Shown here piece after piece: positions 39,588 through 49,596 of a stretch of 62,551 nucleotides of DNA; position 1 is the stretch's first letter; each line of letters begins with the position of its first letter. The stretch is from Planctomycetota bacterium (lineage in GTDB: Bacteria; Planctomycetota; UBA1135; UBA2386), in the NCBI GenBank assembly GCA_947501605.1, contig CANMWZ010000025.1, positions 1-62,551 of the forward strand, in the 5' to 3' direction. A program made the translations under genes and the position numbers. The notes under the pieces were generated by a model, which was not told the origin of the DNA, searched no databases, and saw only the letters and a list, made by a program, of their open reading frames with translations.

Positions 39588-40585
39588 CACTCTCGGACTG
39601 CTTCGTGTCCGTGGTCGCACCGCTTTCCGATGATGGCGACATCGTCGATTCGTTCGTTCGCGAAGTATCAGAGGTGCTCAAGGAGCACTACTCCAACTAC
39701 GAACTCGTTCTCGTCGACGATGGCTCGCGCGACGACACTGTTGCCGTGGTGAGGAAGCTCTTGACGCACATCGAATGCGTGCGCCTGATCACCTTCTCAC
39801 GCCCATTCGGGACCGAGGTGGCGATCTCTGCGGGACTCGACACGGCGATCGGCGACTACGTCGTCGTGGCCCTGGCTGACTCGGATCCACCGAAACTGAT
39901 CCCGCACTTGGTCGAGCGCTCGCGCAAGGACTCCCGCACCGTCGTTGGAGTTCAGCAGCGACGCGGGCCCGAGCCAGTCTGGAACCGCCTGGGAGCTCGA
40001 CTGTTCTACTGGTACTGCAACCGTCACCTGAAGCTGAACATCCCTCAGAACTCGACCTACTTTCGAGTGTTGAGTCGGCAGGCGGTCAATGCCATCACCC
40101 AGATCAAGGACCGCACGCGCTTCCTCCGCAGCTTCAGCGCCCAAGTCGGCTTTCCGGTCGAGCTGTACGAATACGAGCAGGTGAGCCGACGCCAGCGCCC
40201 GCGGCAACGCCGGCTGATGGATGCCATCAGCCTTGCTGTCGGCATCATCGTCGCCAACTCGACCCACCCACTTCGCATGGTGAGTTGGCTGGGGTTTGGC
40301 CTCAGCGCGCTCAATCTGCTCTACATGGGCTACGTCCTGTTGGTCTACCTCTTCAAGAAGGAAGTGGCCGAAGGCTGGGCGACGCTCTCGTTGCAGAACG
40401 CTGTGATGTTCTTCTGCCTGTTCCTCTTCGTGACGGTGCTGTGCGAGTACATCGGGCGCATCGTCGGCGAGTTGCGCACGCGGCCGCACTACTACACGTT
40501 GGAGGAGCACAACAGTTCGGTCGTGATCGCCAACGAGGATCGTAAGAACGTGACCACTCAGGCAACCGAGGAGCGCAGCTCGTGA
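39584..40585 (+). CDS. GT2 glycosyltransferase, ArnC/GtrB-like polyprenyl-phosphate type with C-terminal TM helices
   Basis: VSVVAP, ELVLVDDGSRDDT, FSRPFGTEVAISAGL, DPP, two C-terminal TMs, EGWATL, EYIGRI...RPHY. GGAG RBS. Confidence 0.88.
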   Translation: MTLSDCFVSVVAPLSDDGDIVDSFVREVSEVLKEHYSNYELVLVDDGSRDDTVAVVRKLLTHIECVRLITFSRPFGTEVAISAGLDTAIGDYVVVALADSDPPKLIPHLVERSRKDSRTVVGVQQRRGPEPVWNRLGARLFYWYCNRHLKLNIPQNSTYFRVLSRQAVNAITQIKDRTRFLRSFSAQVGFPVELYEYEQVSRRQRPRQRRLMDAISLAVGIIVANSTHPLRMVSWLGFGLSALNLLYMGYVLLVYLFKKEVAEGWATLSLQNAVMFFCLFLFVTVLCEYIGRIVGELRTRPHYYTLEEHNSSVVIANEDRKNVTTQATEERSS

Positions 40586-41415
40586 GTGGCGAGCGGAACG
40601 TAGTGCAGGCGTCCGATGCCGTGGTTCAAGTCCCGTCGTACACGGTGACGGAGTTCGCGCAGAAGCGACATCGCTACTGTGTGGCGGTCTTCGTCATCAA
40701 CGAGAACGGTCGTCTGTTGGCGCAACTGGAGAAGATGCAAGCTGCTGGCGCGCCGCTCGATGTCGTGCTTGCCGACGGCGGCAGCACGGATGGCTCGACG
40801 ACGGAGCAGAACCTGAAGCCGCGAGGCGTTCGCACACTGTTGACCAAGACTGGTGCCGGCAAGCTCAGTGCGCAGATGCGCATGGCATTCCACTACGCGA
40901 TGGAGCAGGGCTACGACGGCGTGGTTGCGATGGACGGGAACAACAAGGACGACCCGGCGGCACTGCAGCGCTTCGTCGATTCGCTACAAGCCGGGTTCCA
41001 CCATGTGCAGGGCAGTCGCTTTGTTCCTGGAGGCAAGGCCATCAACACACCGCCCATGCGTATGCTCGGCATCAAGTTGTTGCATGCTCCGCTCATCAGC
41101 ATTGCCTCGCGGTTTCGCTACACGGACACAACAAACGGCTTCCGCGGCTATAGCCGTGAGTTCCTCTTGGACCCGCGGGTGGCGCCGTTTCGCGACGTCT
41201 TTGCGCGCTACGAACTGCACTACTATCTGGCGATCCGCGCTGCCAGGCTTGGCTACCGAGTTACCGAGGTTCCGGTGACCAGGGCCTATCCAGACAAGGG
41301 GCCGACCCCGACCAAGATCAGTCCACTGAAGGGTAGCCTGTTGGTCCTCAAGACCTTGTTCAAAGCCTGCCTGCATCACTACGACCCACCAGGAACGAAC
41401 TCGAAAGGAACCTGA
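40582..41415 (+). CDS. GT2 glycosyltransferase (Dpm1-like)
   Basis: VVLADGGSTDGS, MDGNNKDDP, QGSRF.PGG, TDTTNGFRGYS, EVPVTRAYP. Confidence 0.87.
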   Translation: MSGERNVVQASDAVVQVPSYTVTEFAQKRHRYCVAVFVINENGRLLAQLEKMQAAGAPLDVVLADGGSTDGSTTEQNLKPRGVRTLLTKTGAGKLSAQMRMAFHYAMEQGYDGVVAMDGNNKDDPAALQRFVDSLQAGFHHVQGSRFVPGGKAINTPPMRMLGIKLLHAPLISIASRFRYTDTTNGFRGYSREFLLDPRVAPFRDVFARYELHYYLAIRAARLGYRVTEVPVTRAYPDKGPTPTKISPLKGSLLVLKTLFKACLHHYDPPGTNSKGT

Positions 41416-41418
41416 CCC

Positions 41419-42189
41419 ATGCCCAGCGCCCTTATTGGCCACACCGGATTCGTGGGTGGTACCCTGTTGCGGCAGCACCGCTTCGACGACCTCTACAACT
41501 CGACCAACATCGAACAGTTGGCGGGCAAGTCGTATGACCTCGTCGCCTGCGCCGCCGCGCCAGGCGTGAAGTGGAAGGCCAACAAGGAGCCCGAACAGGA
41601 CTTGGCCAGCATCAAGCGATTGATGGCACCATTCGAGACCGTCCGCGCCCGCAAGGTCGTCTTGATCTCCACCGTCGATGTGTATCCGAGTCCTTTGGAC
41701 GTGGATGAACACACGCCGATCGACCGGGCGAGCGGCAGTCCCTACGGCCGCCACCGTTTGTGGCTCGAGGACTTCTTGCGGGAGCGCTTCGACACGGTGG
41801 TCGTGCGCCTGCCCGGGCTGTTTGGCGTCGGTCTCAAGAAGAACATCATCTTCGATATTCTGACCGGCAATCGCGTGGATCAGATCGTTCCGAACGCAGT
41901 GTTTCAGTTCTACGACATGCAGCATCTGTGGGCGCACGTGCAGATGGCGCAGCAGCAGGGGCTCGGCCTCGTGAACTTCGCAACCGAACCGACCAGCGTC
42001 CGGGAGGTTGCCATGGACGGACTGGGTGTGAGCCTGCCGGCCCCGGAACAGTCGAATGCGCCGCGCTACGACATGAAGTCGAAGCACGCCTCGGTGTTCG
42101 GCGGTTCGCGCGGCTATGTCGCTGACAAGAAGAGTGTCCTCGCAGGTATCCGTGAGTTCGCAAAGAACGAAGGCTGGGTGCGCCCGTGA
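41419..42189 (+). CDS. NAD-dependent epimerase/dehydratase family protein
   Basis: ALIGHTGFVG, ISTVDVY, PYGRHR (YxxxK-like position altered), VRLPGLFG. Confidence 0.8.
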   Translation: MPSALIGHTGFVGGTLLRQHRFDDLYNSTNIEQLAGKSYDLVACAAAPGVKWKANKEPEQDLASIKRLMAPFETVRARKVVLISTVDVYPSPLDVDEHTPIDRASGSPYGRHRLWLEDFLRERFDTVVVRLPGLFGVGLKKNIIFDILTGNRVDQIVPNAVFQFYDMQHLWAHVQMAQQQGLGLVNFATEPTSVREVAMDGLGVSLPAPEQSNAPRYDMKSKHASVFGGSRGYVADKKSVLAGIREFAKNEGWVRP

Positions 42190-43013
42190 AGACTGCGATC
42201 TCCAACATCGCGTGGAACGTTGCGGATGACGCCTGGGTCGCTGATCTGATGCTGGAGATGGGCGTCGTCGGCGTCGAGATTGCGCCGACGAAGATCTGGC
42301 CAAAGCCTCTGCTCGCGAGCGCTGCCGAATTACTCGAGTACCGGCGGTTCTGGGAGCAACGCGGGATTCGCATCGTGGCTATGCAGTCGTTGCTGTTCGG
42401 TCGCGCTGACCTGCAGGTGTTCGAGGATCAGGCGAAACGCGACGAGATGCTCCAGTACTTGGAAGCGATCATGGCGCTGGCTTCCACTCTAGGCGCTGGG
42501 CCGCTCGTGTTCGGGTCGCCCAAGAACCGCAAAGTAGGCAGCCGTCCGCGCGTTGAGGCAGATGCGATCGCCATCGATTTTTTCCGCCGCGCAGGCGAAG
42601 CCGCGATCAAGCACAGTGTGACGCTTTGCATCGAGCCAAATCCGCCCCAGTACGAGTGCGACTACGTCACCTGCGCGCAGCAGGGCCTCGACTTGGTGCG
42701 CGCTGTCGACCACCCAGGCTTCCGGCTGCATCTTGATGCTGCTGGTATGACCTTGGCGGGCGATCCGCTCGAAGCCTCGCTGCGCGCGGCGACCGGCAGC
42801 ATGTGCCACTTCCACGTGAGTGAGCCTTCTCTCGGTCCGATCGGGCAGGGAGGCGTGAAGCACGCGGTTCTCGCTGACCAGCTACGGCAACTTGGCTATG
42901 CGCACTGGACGTCGGTAGAGATGCGGTTCAACCCCGAGCGCGACTTGCGAACGGAACTGCCACGAGTGCTCCAACTGCTGCAGACTGTCTACGGCACACC
43001 AGCTAAGACCTGA
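42186..43013 (+). CDS. Sugar phosphate isomerase/epimerase (xylose isomerase-like TIM barrel)
   Basis: AISNIAW, VEIAPTK, MQSLLFG, VFGSPKNR, CIEPNP, LHLD, HFHVSEP, TSVEM metal-ligand pattern. Confidence 0.83.
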   Translation: MKTAISNIAWNVADDAWVADLMLEMGVVGVEIAPTKIWPKPLLASAAELLEYRRFWEQRGIRIVAMQSLLFGRADLQVFEDQAKRDEMLQYLEAIMALASTLGAGPLVFGSPKNRKVGSRPRVEADAIAIDFFRRAGEAAIKHSVTLCIEPNPPQYECDYVTCAQQGLDLVRAVDHPGFRLHLDAAGMTLAGDPLEASLRAATGSMCHFHVSEPSLGPIGQGGVKHAVLADQLRQLGYAHWTSVEMRFNPERDLRTELPRVLQLLQTVYGTPAKT

Positions 43014-43208
43014 GGTGCCGACAACTGCGCCCCTAGAGTTGCTCTTCAATGCACTGGTGGCTGCGGCTGGCCTCGAGGACTGCGTCGCGAACTCGCGGCG
43101 CGTCCTGAGATTCCGCAACGAGTCCGCTACTTTCCCCAGGTCACTGTGACTCGGCCTCGCCCGCAGGCCATCTGTGAAAACACCCCTTGCTCGAGCGAAG
43201 ATCCACCA

Positions 43209-44573
43209 ATGTCCGCCCGCGTGCCCAATCGCCTTCTAGCTCTTCTGTTCTTGCCGGTGGTGTTTGGATTTGTGGCGACCGTCGTTGCGGCGTGGCCCGG
43301 CGCCATCTCCCCTGACATGGAGAGCACGATCCGAGAGGCAGAGGCGTTCACCTTCTGGGGCCATCAGGAGCCGATGTCGGGCTTCGTTTGGTCCCCAGTG
43401 GTGGCCCTGTGTTCGGTACCTGTTTCGGTCGCCGTGTTTTATCTCGCACAGCTCGCTGCCTTTTGGCTCACCTTCGCGCTGTTCATCAAGGGAGCGCTGC
43501 GTGAGAGGCAGGTCTTCGCGGCAATGCTCGGCTCCGTCCTCGGGTTCTTGCCGCCGCTCTTTTGTTTCACATCGATGATCGAATCCAACATGCAGGTTGG
43601 CGTCGCGTGGAGCCTCGCTGTCGCGATTGCCTCGGTGTCGCAGTCACGCAGGGCACAACTCGCCAGCGCGTTCTTGCTGTTCTACGGATTCTGTGCTCGG
43701 TCAGGGATGATCGTTGCGATCCCACCGGTGATGTTCGCCTGCGTCATGCTGCATCGCCCCGAGTTCTCCAAGCGGCGGGCGGCCATGTGGAGCGTCGTGG
43801 GGTCGGCCGGATTCGGAGCACTGGCCTTCTTGGTGACGACCGTGCTGCTCGGGTCGCCGTCGCGGGACCGTGTCCTTGGCGTTTCCCAGTTGTTCGACAT
43901 GGCCGGTGTGTACCAGAAGACTGGCACCCACCTGATCCCTCCGGCACTCGTGCCGGAAGGTGCCACAGCCGAAGAGATCTTGGTCTTGTACGAACCCGCT
44001 TTGTGTTCGCCGATCTTCTGGCGGGGCGACAACAAGCCTGTCTTCAAGCTCCCGTCCACGCGTGAAGAAGGGGCCAGTCTTGGGGCCGCGTGGCTAGAGA
44101 CCATCAAGCGCAACCCCGCGGCCTACTTTGCTGTCAAAGCTCGCTATGCAGCTCTGTTCTTGATGATCGGTGTCGAATGGCCGCAGGGCTTCTACCCAGA
44201 CATCAGCCGCAATGCAGCTCTTGGTCTCGGTGAACCGGGAGGTGATGGTTGGACCCTGATCAATGACTACGCGAGAAGCACGGCGACCACTCTGCTGTGG
44301 AAGGGGTGGTTCTGGTTCGCGTTGACCGGAGTCATCTGTTTCGTGGCCTGTCTGCTGCGAGCACCGCGGGCTCTGGCTGCTGCTGCCGTCTACGCCGGTG
44401 CGATCTGCAACATGGCCCCTCAGTTGTTGTTCGGGCAGGCAGCGCTCGTCCGCTACTACTTTGCCCCCTACATCCTCTGCGTCTGCAGCCTTCTACTGCT
44501 GGCGGGGCCGCTAGCGGGAGTGATCAAGGCAAAGCTGCACCGACTACGTCAGGGCCGAGTGCAGGCTGCTTGA
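43209..44573 (+). CDS. Polytopic membrane protein with large periplasmic loop, possible GT-C-type transferase
   Basis: About 10 hydrophobic segments; WPGAISPD acidic first loop; soluble loop from LFDMAGV to NPAAYF; late VRYYF motif. Last gene of the sugar cluster. Confidence 0.6.
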   Translation: MSARVPNRLLALLFLPVVFGFVATVVAAWPGAISPDMESTIREAEAFTFWGHQEPMSGFVWSPVVALCSVPVSVAVFYLAQLAAFWLTFALFIKGALRERQVFAAMLGSVLGFLPPLFCFTSMIESNMQVGVAWSLAVAIASVSQSRRAQLASAFLLFYGFCARSGMIVAIPPVMFACVMLHRPEFSKRRAAMWSVVGSAGFGALAFLVTTVLLGSPSRDRVLGVSQLFDMAGVYQKTGTHLIPPALVPEGATAEEILVLYEPALCSPIFWRGDNKPVFKLPSTREEGASLGAAWLETIKRNPAAYFAVKARYAALFLMIGVEWPQGFYPDISRNAALGLGEPGGDGWTLINDYARSTATTLLWKGWFWFALTGVICFVACLLRAPRALAAAAVYAGAICNMAPQLLFGQAALVRYYFAPYILCVCSLLLLAGPLAGVIKAKLHRLRQGRVQAA

Positions 44574-44798
44574 TGTTGGTGCGTGCGTCGGCAGGAACGA
44601 CGCTGCCAATCAAGCGGAGTGAATCCCGGGTTCGCATTCCATGCCGCGGTCTGTGCATGGGGCGTGCTGCGTCGCCGCGCCTCAAGGTGGTCACGGACAA
44701 TGTGGCCACCGACAAGCCGTGTTGTTGCGGCTCTTTCTGCACGAGGCCCGTGACGCGCCAACCTGGAAGACGATCTTCGGAGTCACCCGACTAGCGGC

Positions 44799-45512
44799 TC
44801 AAGGCGCCAGCGGCGTCTTCAGCAGATCGTCGAGACATCGACGAACGGCATCGAGCGAGCGCGGCGTGATGTCGCCAAGAAGCCAGCGAACCTGGGTTGG
44901 TCCCAGCGCGGCGTCGAGGTCGGCCCCTTCGGCCTCCGGATACAGCACCGGTTCTTCCGGGGCGCCAAACGCGAGTGGCGGCAAGTCAGGGTCGGAGCCT
45001 GTCTGGCGGACCTTGGCGAGCAAACCGTGCAGGTCGATGCCGCGCAGCACGAGTAGTTCCCACGGCTTCTCGTCCAGCCGGCGTGCGAACAGCTCGTTGA
45101 GAGCCAACACGTGTCGACACGGCTTCTCCTGCTGATCGCACGAGCAGCCAAACGTCACACGACGAGGATCTGGGAACAGTGGCTCGCCGACGATCCGCGC
45201 GATCAAGCGGTCGAACGCGCGGGGCACGCGTCCCTGCTCGAGCGCTTCGACGATGGACCGACTGCGGCGAAGGACGCGGACCACGGTGGTCCATTCCTTT
45301 TGCGGCAGCATGACCACCTGGAGGCTGACTTCGTGGATCGATCCCATGGAGCCCTCCATCTCGGCTCGCATGGAGCCGGGACGGATGCGGACCATCTGCT
45401 TGCGAATCGACGGCAGCAACTCGAGTGCGGCTGCGAGGCGCTTGTCGTCCACGCCGCGCGTGGCGTCGCGGCGCCAACGTTCGCCCAGTGACACGGCTTT
45501 GGTATCGGTCAC
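44799..45512 (-). CDS. SWIM zinc finger family protein
   Basis: LFP...FGCSCDQQEKPCRHVLA (CxC..CxH), LDEKPWELLVLRG. GTGA overlap with the SNF2 gene. Confidence 0.85.
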   Translation of the reverse strand: MTDTKAVSLGERWRRDATRGVDDKRLAAALELLPSIRKQMVRIRPGSMRAEMEGSMGSIHEVSLQVVMLPQKEWTTVVRVLRRSRSIVEALEQGRVPRAFDRLIARIVGEPLFPDPRRVTFGCSCDQQEKPCRHVLALNELFARRLDEKPWELLVLRGIDLHGLLAKVRQTGSDPDLPPLAFGAPEEPVLYPEAEGADLDAALGPTQVRWLLGDITPRSLDAVRRCLDDLLKTPLAP

Positions 45513-48391
45513 GCCATCGCCTCCTGGCGGTCGAGTGCGAGCAGCCGCTTCAAGTCGTCGTTGCTGAGTTCGGTTATCCAGTTCTCACCGGCGGCGAGGA
45601 GGTTGTCGGCGACCTCGCGCTTGCGCTCGAGCATCTGCTGGATGCGTTCTTCGAGCGTCCCAGTGCAGACGAATTTGTGCACGAACACGTTGCGCTGCTG
45701 ACCGATGCGGAAGGCTCGGTCGGTTGCCTGGTCCTCGACGGCGGGATTCCACCAGCGGTCAAAATGGAACACACGGTTGGCTGCCGTGAGGTTGAGACCT
45801 GTGCCACCAGCCTTGAGCGACAGCACGAAGACCTTTGGACCGTCAGGCCGGGACTCCTGGAAGTCGGCGACCATGGTGTCACGCTCCTTTTGCGGCACGC
45901 TGCCGTGCAGGAACAGCACGCTGCCGCCGGTGCGTTCCTCGACGTGAGTCTTCAGCAGCGACCCCATCTCCTTGAACTGCGTGAACACGAGGCAGCGATC
46001 GCCTTCTTCGAGCGCCTCCTCCAGCATCTCGGTCAGCAGGTCGAGCTTGCCACTACGGGAATGCAGCGAGCTACCGTCGCCGAGGTAGTGAGCCGGGTGG
46101 TTGCACACCTGCTTCAGGCGCAGCAACGTCGTGAGGATCGCGCCGCGGCGGGCGATGCCCTCTTGCGCGCGTTCGACATCCTGCAAGCCCTTGCGGACGA
46201 CGGTCTCGTAGAGGATCGCTTGTTCACGCGACAACGTCGACGCGACGATCTGCTCGGTCTTCTCGGGTAGGTCGGCGACGATGTCGGAATCGGTCTTGAG
46301 TCGGCGCAACACGAACGGACGTACGAGGCGCGCGAGGGCCGACATCGAACTCTGGCGACGCTGCTTGACGATCGGGTGTTCAAGCGTCTGCAAGAACTGA
46401 GTGCGTGAGCCGAGCAGACCCTCGTTGAGGAAGTCCATGATCGACCACAGGTCCAGCGGACGGTTCTCCAGCGGGGTGCCGGTCAACGCCATGCGGAAGT
46501 TGCCGCGCAACGTGCGTGCGACGCGGGACTGCTTGGTCGTCGGATTCTTGATGTTCTGCGCTTCGTCGAGGATCACGCCCTCGAACGCAGAGCCCGTGAG
46601 AAGCTCCTCGTCGCGTTGCAGCAGGTTGTAGCTCGTCAGCATCACGTCGGTGGACGACAGCAGTTGCTGAAAGCTCTCGGCGGTGTCGGCGCGGGTCTTG
46701 CCGTGGTGCAACGAGACACGCAGCTCTGGCGCAAAGCGATGGAGTTCGCGCCGCCAGTTACCCAACACCGAGACTGGGCAGACGATCAGCATGCACTTGC
46801 GGCGCTCGGGGCGTTTGCGCCAATCGAGCATGACAGCGATCGCCTGTACGGTCTTGCCGAGACCCATGTCGTCGGCCAGACACGCGCCAAAGCCCTGGTC
46901 AACGAGGTAGTACAGCCAAGCGTGACCGCGCTGCTGGTAGGGGCGCAACTCGCCCAAGAAGCCACTTGGAAGTTCGCGCCCTTCGACGGCGCGGGAGTGC
47001 TCGAGGTTGTCGAGCAGCTGCTCGAGGCGTGGCGTGCTCGCCACGGTCTCCATCGCGAGTCCGTGCAGGTGGGCAGCGCCGCCGAGGCGCAGGCGCAGAG
47101 CCTCGAAGAAGCTGATGCGCTCGCCGGTGTCTTGCATGCGCTTCTTGAAGTCCACCAGTGCCTGGCGGTCCTTCGGGCTGAGCAGCACGGGCTTGCGATC
47201 GAGGAAGACAAGAGGCGTACGTGCATCGACCAGTGCGTCGAACTCGTTGCGCGTTAGAACGGTGTCGCCGAGCGCGAGATTCCAGCGGAACTCGAACCAC
47301 GGCCGCAACGAGTCGCCGCCGGGAACCTCTTGCAGGGTCACGTGCGCCGACAGGCGCTGCATCGACTCGATGCCGGGTAGACGCAGCTCGAACCCTTCGG
47401 TCTCGAGCAGCGGGAGATGATCAAGGATCTGGTCGAGCTCCTGACGCGTGAGACTCACCTTGCCGTCGACGAGATTCCTGGCGCGGCGCAGCGGCGGGAT
47501 CTTGTCTGCGAGATCGTCGATCTTGTGTTCGAAGCGCTGCACGCTGTCGCGCAGCAGTTCGTTGGGAAACAACGACTGGCCGATGCGCTGATGAACTTGC
47601 TCCAGTGTCTCGAGCAGGTCGACGCCCGGAATCGGCCGCGCCAGCAATTGCATCCCCCAGGGTGTGGTCTCTTCGAGGGGGCGGTCCGGCACGAGGATCT
47701 CGAGTACCGGGACCATGTTGGTGTGCCAGAACTCACGTGGCAACCGTTCGGCCTTATCGAAGCGGGGCTGCTGCTCGCCAGCGATCTGGTCGATGGCCTG
47801 GCCGGCAAAGCTCACCAGCAGGTTGCGCGGCGTCACGGCGAAGACGGGATCGTCTGGCACGGCGATGCGCGCAGTAAGCAGCATGCCCGGCACCAGTTCC
47901 GCCAGAGCAGCGAGGCACGATTGCGTCTGCGGCGACCAGTGTGGGGCGAAACGAGCAACTCCTGGTTGCGGCGCGGGCGCAAACTCGCCGCGGTCGCGCA
48001 TGTGCACGCAGAGCTTTGCGGCTGCCGCGAGCGAACGCATCGACGGCATGAGATGCGTCAGGTCGAGCGTTGCCAGCCACGGCACCGCGGCGCTCAATGG
48101 CAGGCTCACAGCCGGCATCGTCCAAAGCGATGGCGCAACTCGTCCGGGGAGCTTCTCGTCCTCCTCCCCCCTGGGGCTGCTGACGGGCTGGAGCGAAGAC
48201 TCGTCGACGGGAACCAGAAGTTGGAGCTCGATCCGCTCGGTCTTGGCACCAAGAGCATCGGGCAGCGCCGATTCGACGATCCCGTCACGGGTCCAGAACG
48301 CAACGCGCGCGGCACTGGGCGCGCGCGCATTCAGGTAAGCAGCTTCCAGGGCCGCAATAGGCTGCGGTGTGCCACCGCTGTCAACGGACAT
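45509..48391 (-). CDS. SNF2-family DEAD/DEAH-like helicase/translocase
   Basis: LRPYQQRG, CLADDMGLGKTVQ, ILDEAQNIKN, ALTGTPLENR, RPFVLRRLK, SGKL, LVFTQF, SLKAGGTGLNLTAAN, DRWWNPAVEDQATDRAFRIGQ. Confidence 0.95.
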   Translation of the reverse strand: MSVDSGGTPQPIAALEAAYLNARAPSAARVAFWTRDGIVESALPDALGAKTERIELQLLVPVDESSLQPVSSPRGEEDEKLPGRVAPSLWTMPAVSLPLSAAVPWLATLDLTHLMPSMRSLAAAAKLCVHMRDRGEFAPAPQPGVARFAPHWSPQTQSCLAALAELVPGMLLTARIAVPDDPVFAVTPRNLLVSFAGQAIDQIAGEQQPRFDKAERLPREFWHTNMVPVLEILVPDRPLEETTPWGMQLLARPIPGVDLLETLEQVHQRIGQSLFPNELLRDSVQRFEHKIDDLADKIPPLRRARNLVDGKVSLTRQELDQILDHLPLLETEGFELRLPGIESMQRLSAHVTLQEVPGGDSLRPWFEFRWNLALGDTVLTRNEFDALVDARTPLVFLDRKPVLLSPKDRQALVDFKKRMQDTGERISFFEALRLRLGGAAHLHGLAMETVASTPRLEQLLDNLEHSRAVEGRELPSGFLGELRPYQQRGHAWLYYLVDQGFGACLADDMGLGKTVQAIAVMLDWRKRPERRKCMLIVCPVSVLGNWRRELHRFAPELRVSLHHGKTRADTAESFQQLLSSTDVMLTSYNLLQRDEELLTGSAFEGVILDEAQNIKNPTTKQSRVARTLRGNFRMALTGTPLENRPLDLWSIMDFLNEGLLGSRTQFLQTLEHPIVKQRRQSSMSALARLVRPFVLRRLKTDSDIVADLPEKTEQIVASTLSREQAILYETVVRKGLQDVERAQEGIARRGAILTTLLRLKQVCNHPAHYLGDGSSLHSRSGKLDLLTEMLEEALEEGDRCLVFTQFKEMGSLLKTHVEERTGGSVLFLHGSVPQKERDTMVADFQESRPDGPKVFVLSLKAGGTGLNLTAANRVFHFDRWWNPAVEDQATDRAFRIGQQRNVFVHKFVCTGTLEERIQQMLERKREVADNLLAAGENWITELSNDDLKRLLALDRQEAMA

Positions 48392-48412
48392 CGAATGCGA
48401 TCGTGCAGCCGG

Positions 48413-48832
48413 TCAGTGGTTGGTGTGCTGCGCTTTGGGCTGCACGAACTGCCAGTCGACGGGCGCCTTCATCTTGTTGATCGGGTTGGCCCGGCCGCGC
48501 GTGGCCTGGTCCGACAAGGTGAAGATCATCAGTAGTGACAGGAAGAGGAACGAACTGAGGAAGAAGACCTTGTTGATCGCCGTGTCCCACTTGACGTGCA
48601 TGAAGATGGCGATGACCAGTGACGCCTTCACGCTGGCGATGAGCATCGCGATCAACAGGTTGGCAGCCCCGAAGTCGACGCGCGAGGCGGCCACCGTGAT
48701 GATCGTCAAGAACAACAGCGTCAACAGAACGTTGAAGAAGACCTTCGACGAGGTGACATGGTGCGGCCCGTAGCCGTGGGCATCGTGACCATGGGCAGAC
48801 GACGCGTCGTGAGCGTGGTTGTGCGCAGACAT
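48413..48832 (-). CDS. ctaF: Cytochrome c oxidase subunit IV (caa3-type)
   Basis: Three TMs, LLFLTIITV, IAMLIASVKASLVIAIFMHVKWD. His-rich N-terminus. Follows subunit III. Confidence 0.85.
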   Translation of the reverse strand: MSAHNHAHDASSAHGHDAHGYGPHHVTSSKVFFNVLLTLLFLTIITVAASRVDFGAANLLIAMLIASVKASLVIAIFMHVKWDTAINKVFFLSSFLFLSLLMIFTLSDQATRGRANPINKMKAPVDWQFVQPKAQHTNH

Positions 48833-49563
48833 CAGGGCACCAGGTAAAGCAGCGGGAACAGGAAGATCCAGATCAGATCGACGAGGTGCCAGTAGAGGCC
48901 GACCAGGTCGACGGGAAGATAGTAGTGCGCGTGGAAGCGGCCCTTTGCAGCGCCCTTCATGATCCAGAGGATCAGACCGGCGCCGATGATGACGTGCAGG
49001 CCGTGGATCGCCGTCATCGTGAAGTAGATGGAGAAGAACAGGTTGCCGAAGGGCACACCCTCCATCACACCGTGGTAGTCCTTGTACCACGCGAGCTGAC
49101 CGGTCGCTTCGTCATAGCCCATACCGCCGAACACCGGCAGGAAGCCGTGCTCGTACTTCGCCATGTACTCGATGGTCTTGATGACCATGAAGATCACGGC
49201 GCCTAGCACTGTGAGACCGCAGTACACGAGCAGCTTGTTCTTCTGGCTCGTTTGCGCACACCGAACGCCCATGGCCATCGTCCAGGAGCTGAGCAGGAGC
49301 ACGGTCGTGTTGATCGCGCCAAGTTCCCAGCTCAACTGCTTGCCACCTTGGTGGAAGGTCTCGGGGTATGCCTGATGGAAGAAGAAATAGGCGGCGAACA
49401 TGCCGCCGAAGAGCAGGATTTCCGTCGCGAGAAACAGCCAGAAGCCCAGTTTGGCAGACTGGAACTCCTGCGTCGGCGTGTCGAAGTGGTGCGCGACGGT
49501 GTGCGGCAGAAAGCCAGGTCCCGGCGCGGGGACGACGACTGAGTGTCCGTGATCGTGGCTCAT
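48832..49563 (-). CDS. ctaE: Cytochrome c oxidase subunit III
   Basis: KLGFWLFLATEILLFGGMF, INTTVLLLSSWTM, YFTMTAIHGLHV, GLYWHLVDLIWIFLFPLLYL. Confidence 0.93.
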   Translation of the reverse strand: MSHDHGHSVVVPAPGPGFLPHTVAHHFDTPTQEFQSAKLGFWLFLATEILLFGGMFAAYFFFHQAYPETFHQGGKQLSWELGAINTTVLLLSSWTMAMGVRCAQTSQKNKLLVYCGLTVLGAVIFMVIKTIEYMAKYEHGFLPVFGGMGYDEATGQLAWYKDYHGVMEGVPFGNLFFSIYFTMTAIHGLHVIIGAGLILWIMKGAAKGRFHAHYYLPVDLVGLYWHLVDLIWIFLFPLLYLVP

Positions 49564-49596
49564 GGGGATCTCGAGGGGCGTGCTGGTCTTGAACCG

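Noticed and set aside
44799..48391. SNF2-SWIM as an anti-phage defence system
   Set aside because: No methylase, nuclease or other defence genes nearby; it matches the housekeeping-like ywqAB arrangement with host-like codon usage.
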